DNA of 62,282 bases, filler included, from Dirinaria sp. TL-2023a (lineage: Eukaryota), in the NCBI GenBank assembly GCA_051941275.1. It is 29 parts of 29 records of this genome, joined end to end, with 100 filler letters (N's around TTAATTAATTAA, not from the genome) between each part and the next. Parts side by side here need not be neighbours in the genome. Positions count along the whole stretch, not along the records: positions 60,266 to 62,282 come from JAVEBF010002434.1; 28 more parts are not named here. One strand, written 5' to 3'. Position 1 is the stretch's first letter; every line of letters starts with the position of its first letter. The position numbers were made by a program, and so were the translations under genes. Below, piece by piece: positions 62,058 through 62,282 of the stretch. The notes beneath the pieces were generated by a model. It saw only the letters and a list, made by a program, of their open reading frames with translations. It was not told where the DNA came from and searched no databases.

Positions 62058-62282
62058 TCAAAAGCTCCTGTTCTGCGTTTTCAAAAGCATATCATCTTGC
62101 TGCTCTTGCATGGCTGTCAGTAATCGATGTTTGTTTTCCTGTTCTAGTCGCTTTATAAACGTCTGAAATTCCTCGCCTGAATATTTCTTTTGTTCTGCTT
62201 TCTTTGAAGAATCATCTGTTTGCTCTTGGCAGGCTAGCATTAACAGCTTTTTGTTTTTCTGTTCTAGTTGCATCAACAGCAT
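62058..62282 (-). CDS. Fragment with two copies of the LEQQNKKRLLMARQEQ-type motif
   Basis: LMQLEQKNKKLLMLACQEQ and FIKRLEQENKHRLLTAMQEQ; 5' truncated by the window end. Confidence 0.45.
   Translation of the reverse strand: MLLMQLEQKNKKLLMLACQEQTDDSSKKAEQKKYSGEEFQTFIKRLEQENKHRLLTAMQEQQDDMLLKTQNRSF

Noticed and set aside
1..62282. Gene cluster or synteny (e.g. ORC6 with the possible Orc4-like ORF; GH31, GH72, CE1 and DgoD together)
   Set aside because: The genes lie on separate contigs ordered only by length.

Overview
This window is not one locus. It is 29 unrelated contigs of about 2.0-2.07 kb, sorted by decreasing length and joined by artificial 100-bp spacers (N44-TTAATTAATTAA-N44), so order across spacers means nothing. 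Short GT-AG introns with CTRAY-type branch sites and the gene families point to a filamentous ascomycete (Pezizomycotina; a lichen-forming lineage is only a guess). Recognisable, mostly partial, genes: ERB1, RNA15, LCL2, APM1, ORC6, SPT10, a SprT/GCNA-like protein, AMMECR1, a NUDIX hydrolase, GH31, GH72, a CE1 esterase, a DgoD-like dehydratase, a MATE-like transporter and two secreted proteins. Six contigs are transposon debris (Ty3/gypsy chromovirus, DIRS/Ngaro-like, MULE, LINE, solo LTRs) and one carries an intact MITE. The strongest signal is a RIP-like hypermutation that targets CpC (CC>TC, GG>GA) rather than the canonical CpA. It is visible directly between two adjacent gag copies, saturates several TE classes, and seems to spare LTRs. 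Also notable: a gag-only LTR element with a co-varying self-priming (tRNA-independent) PBS, and a multicopy degenerate tRNA-like shell with a conserved internal hairpin. All calls are by eye; no searches were run.
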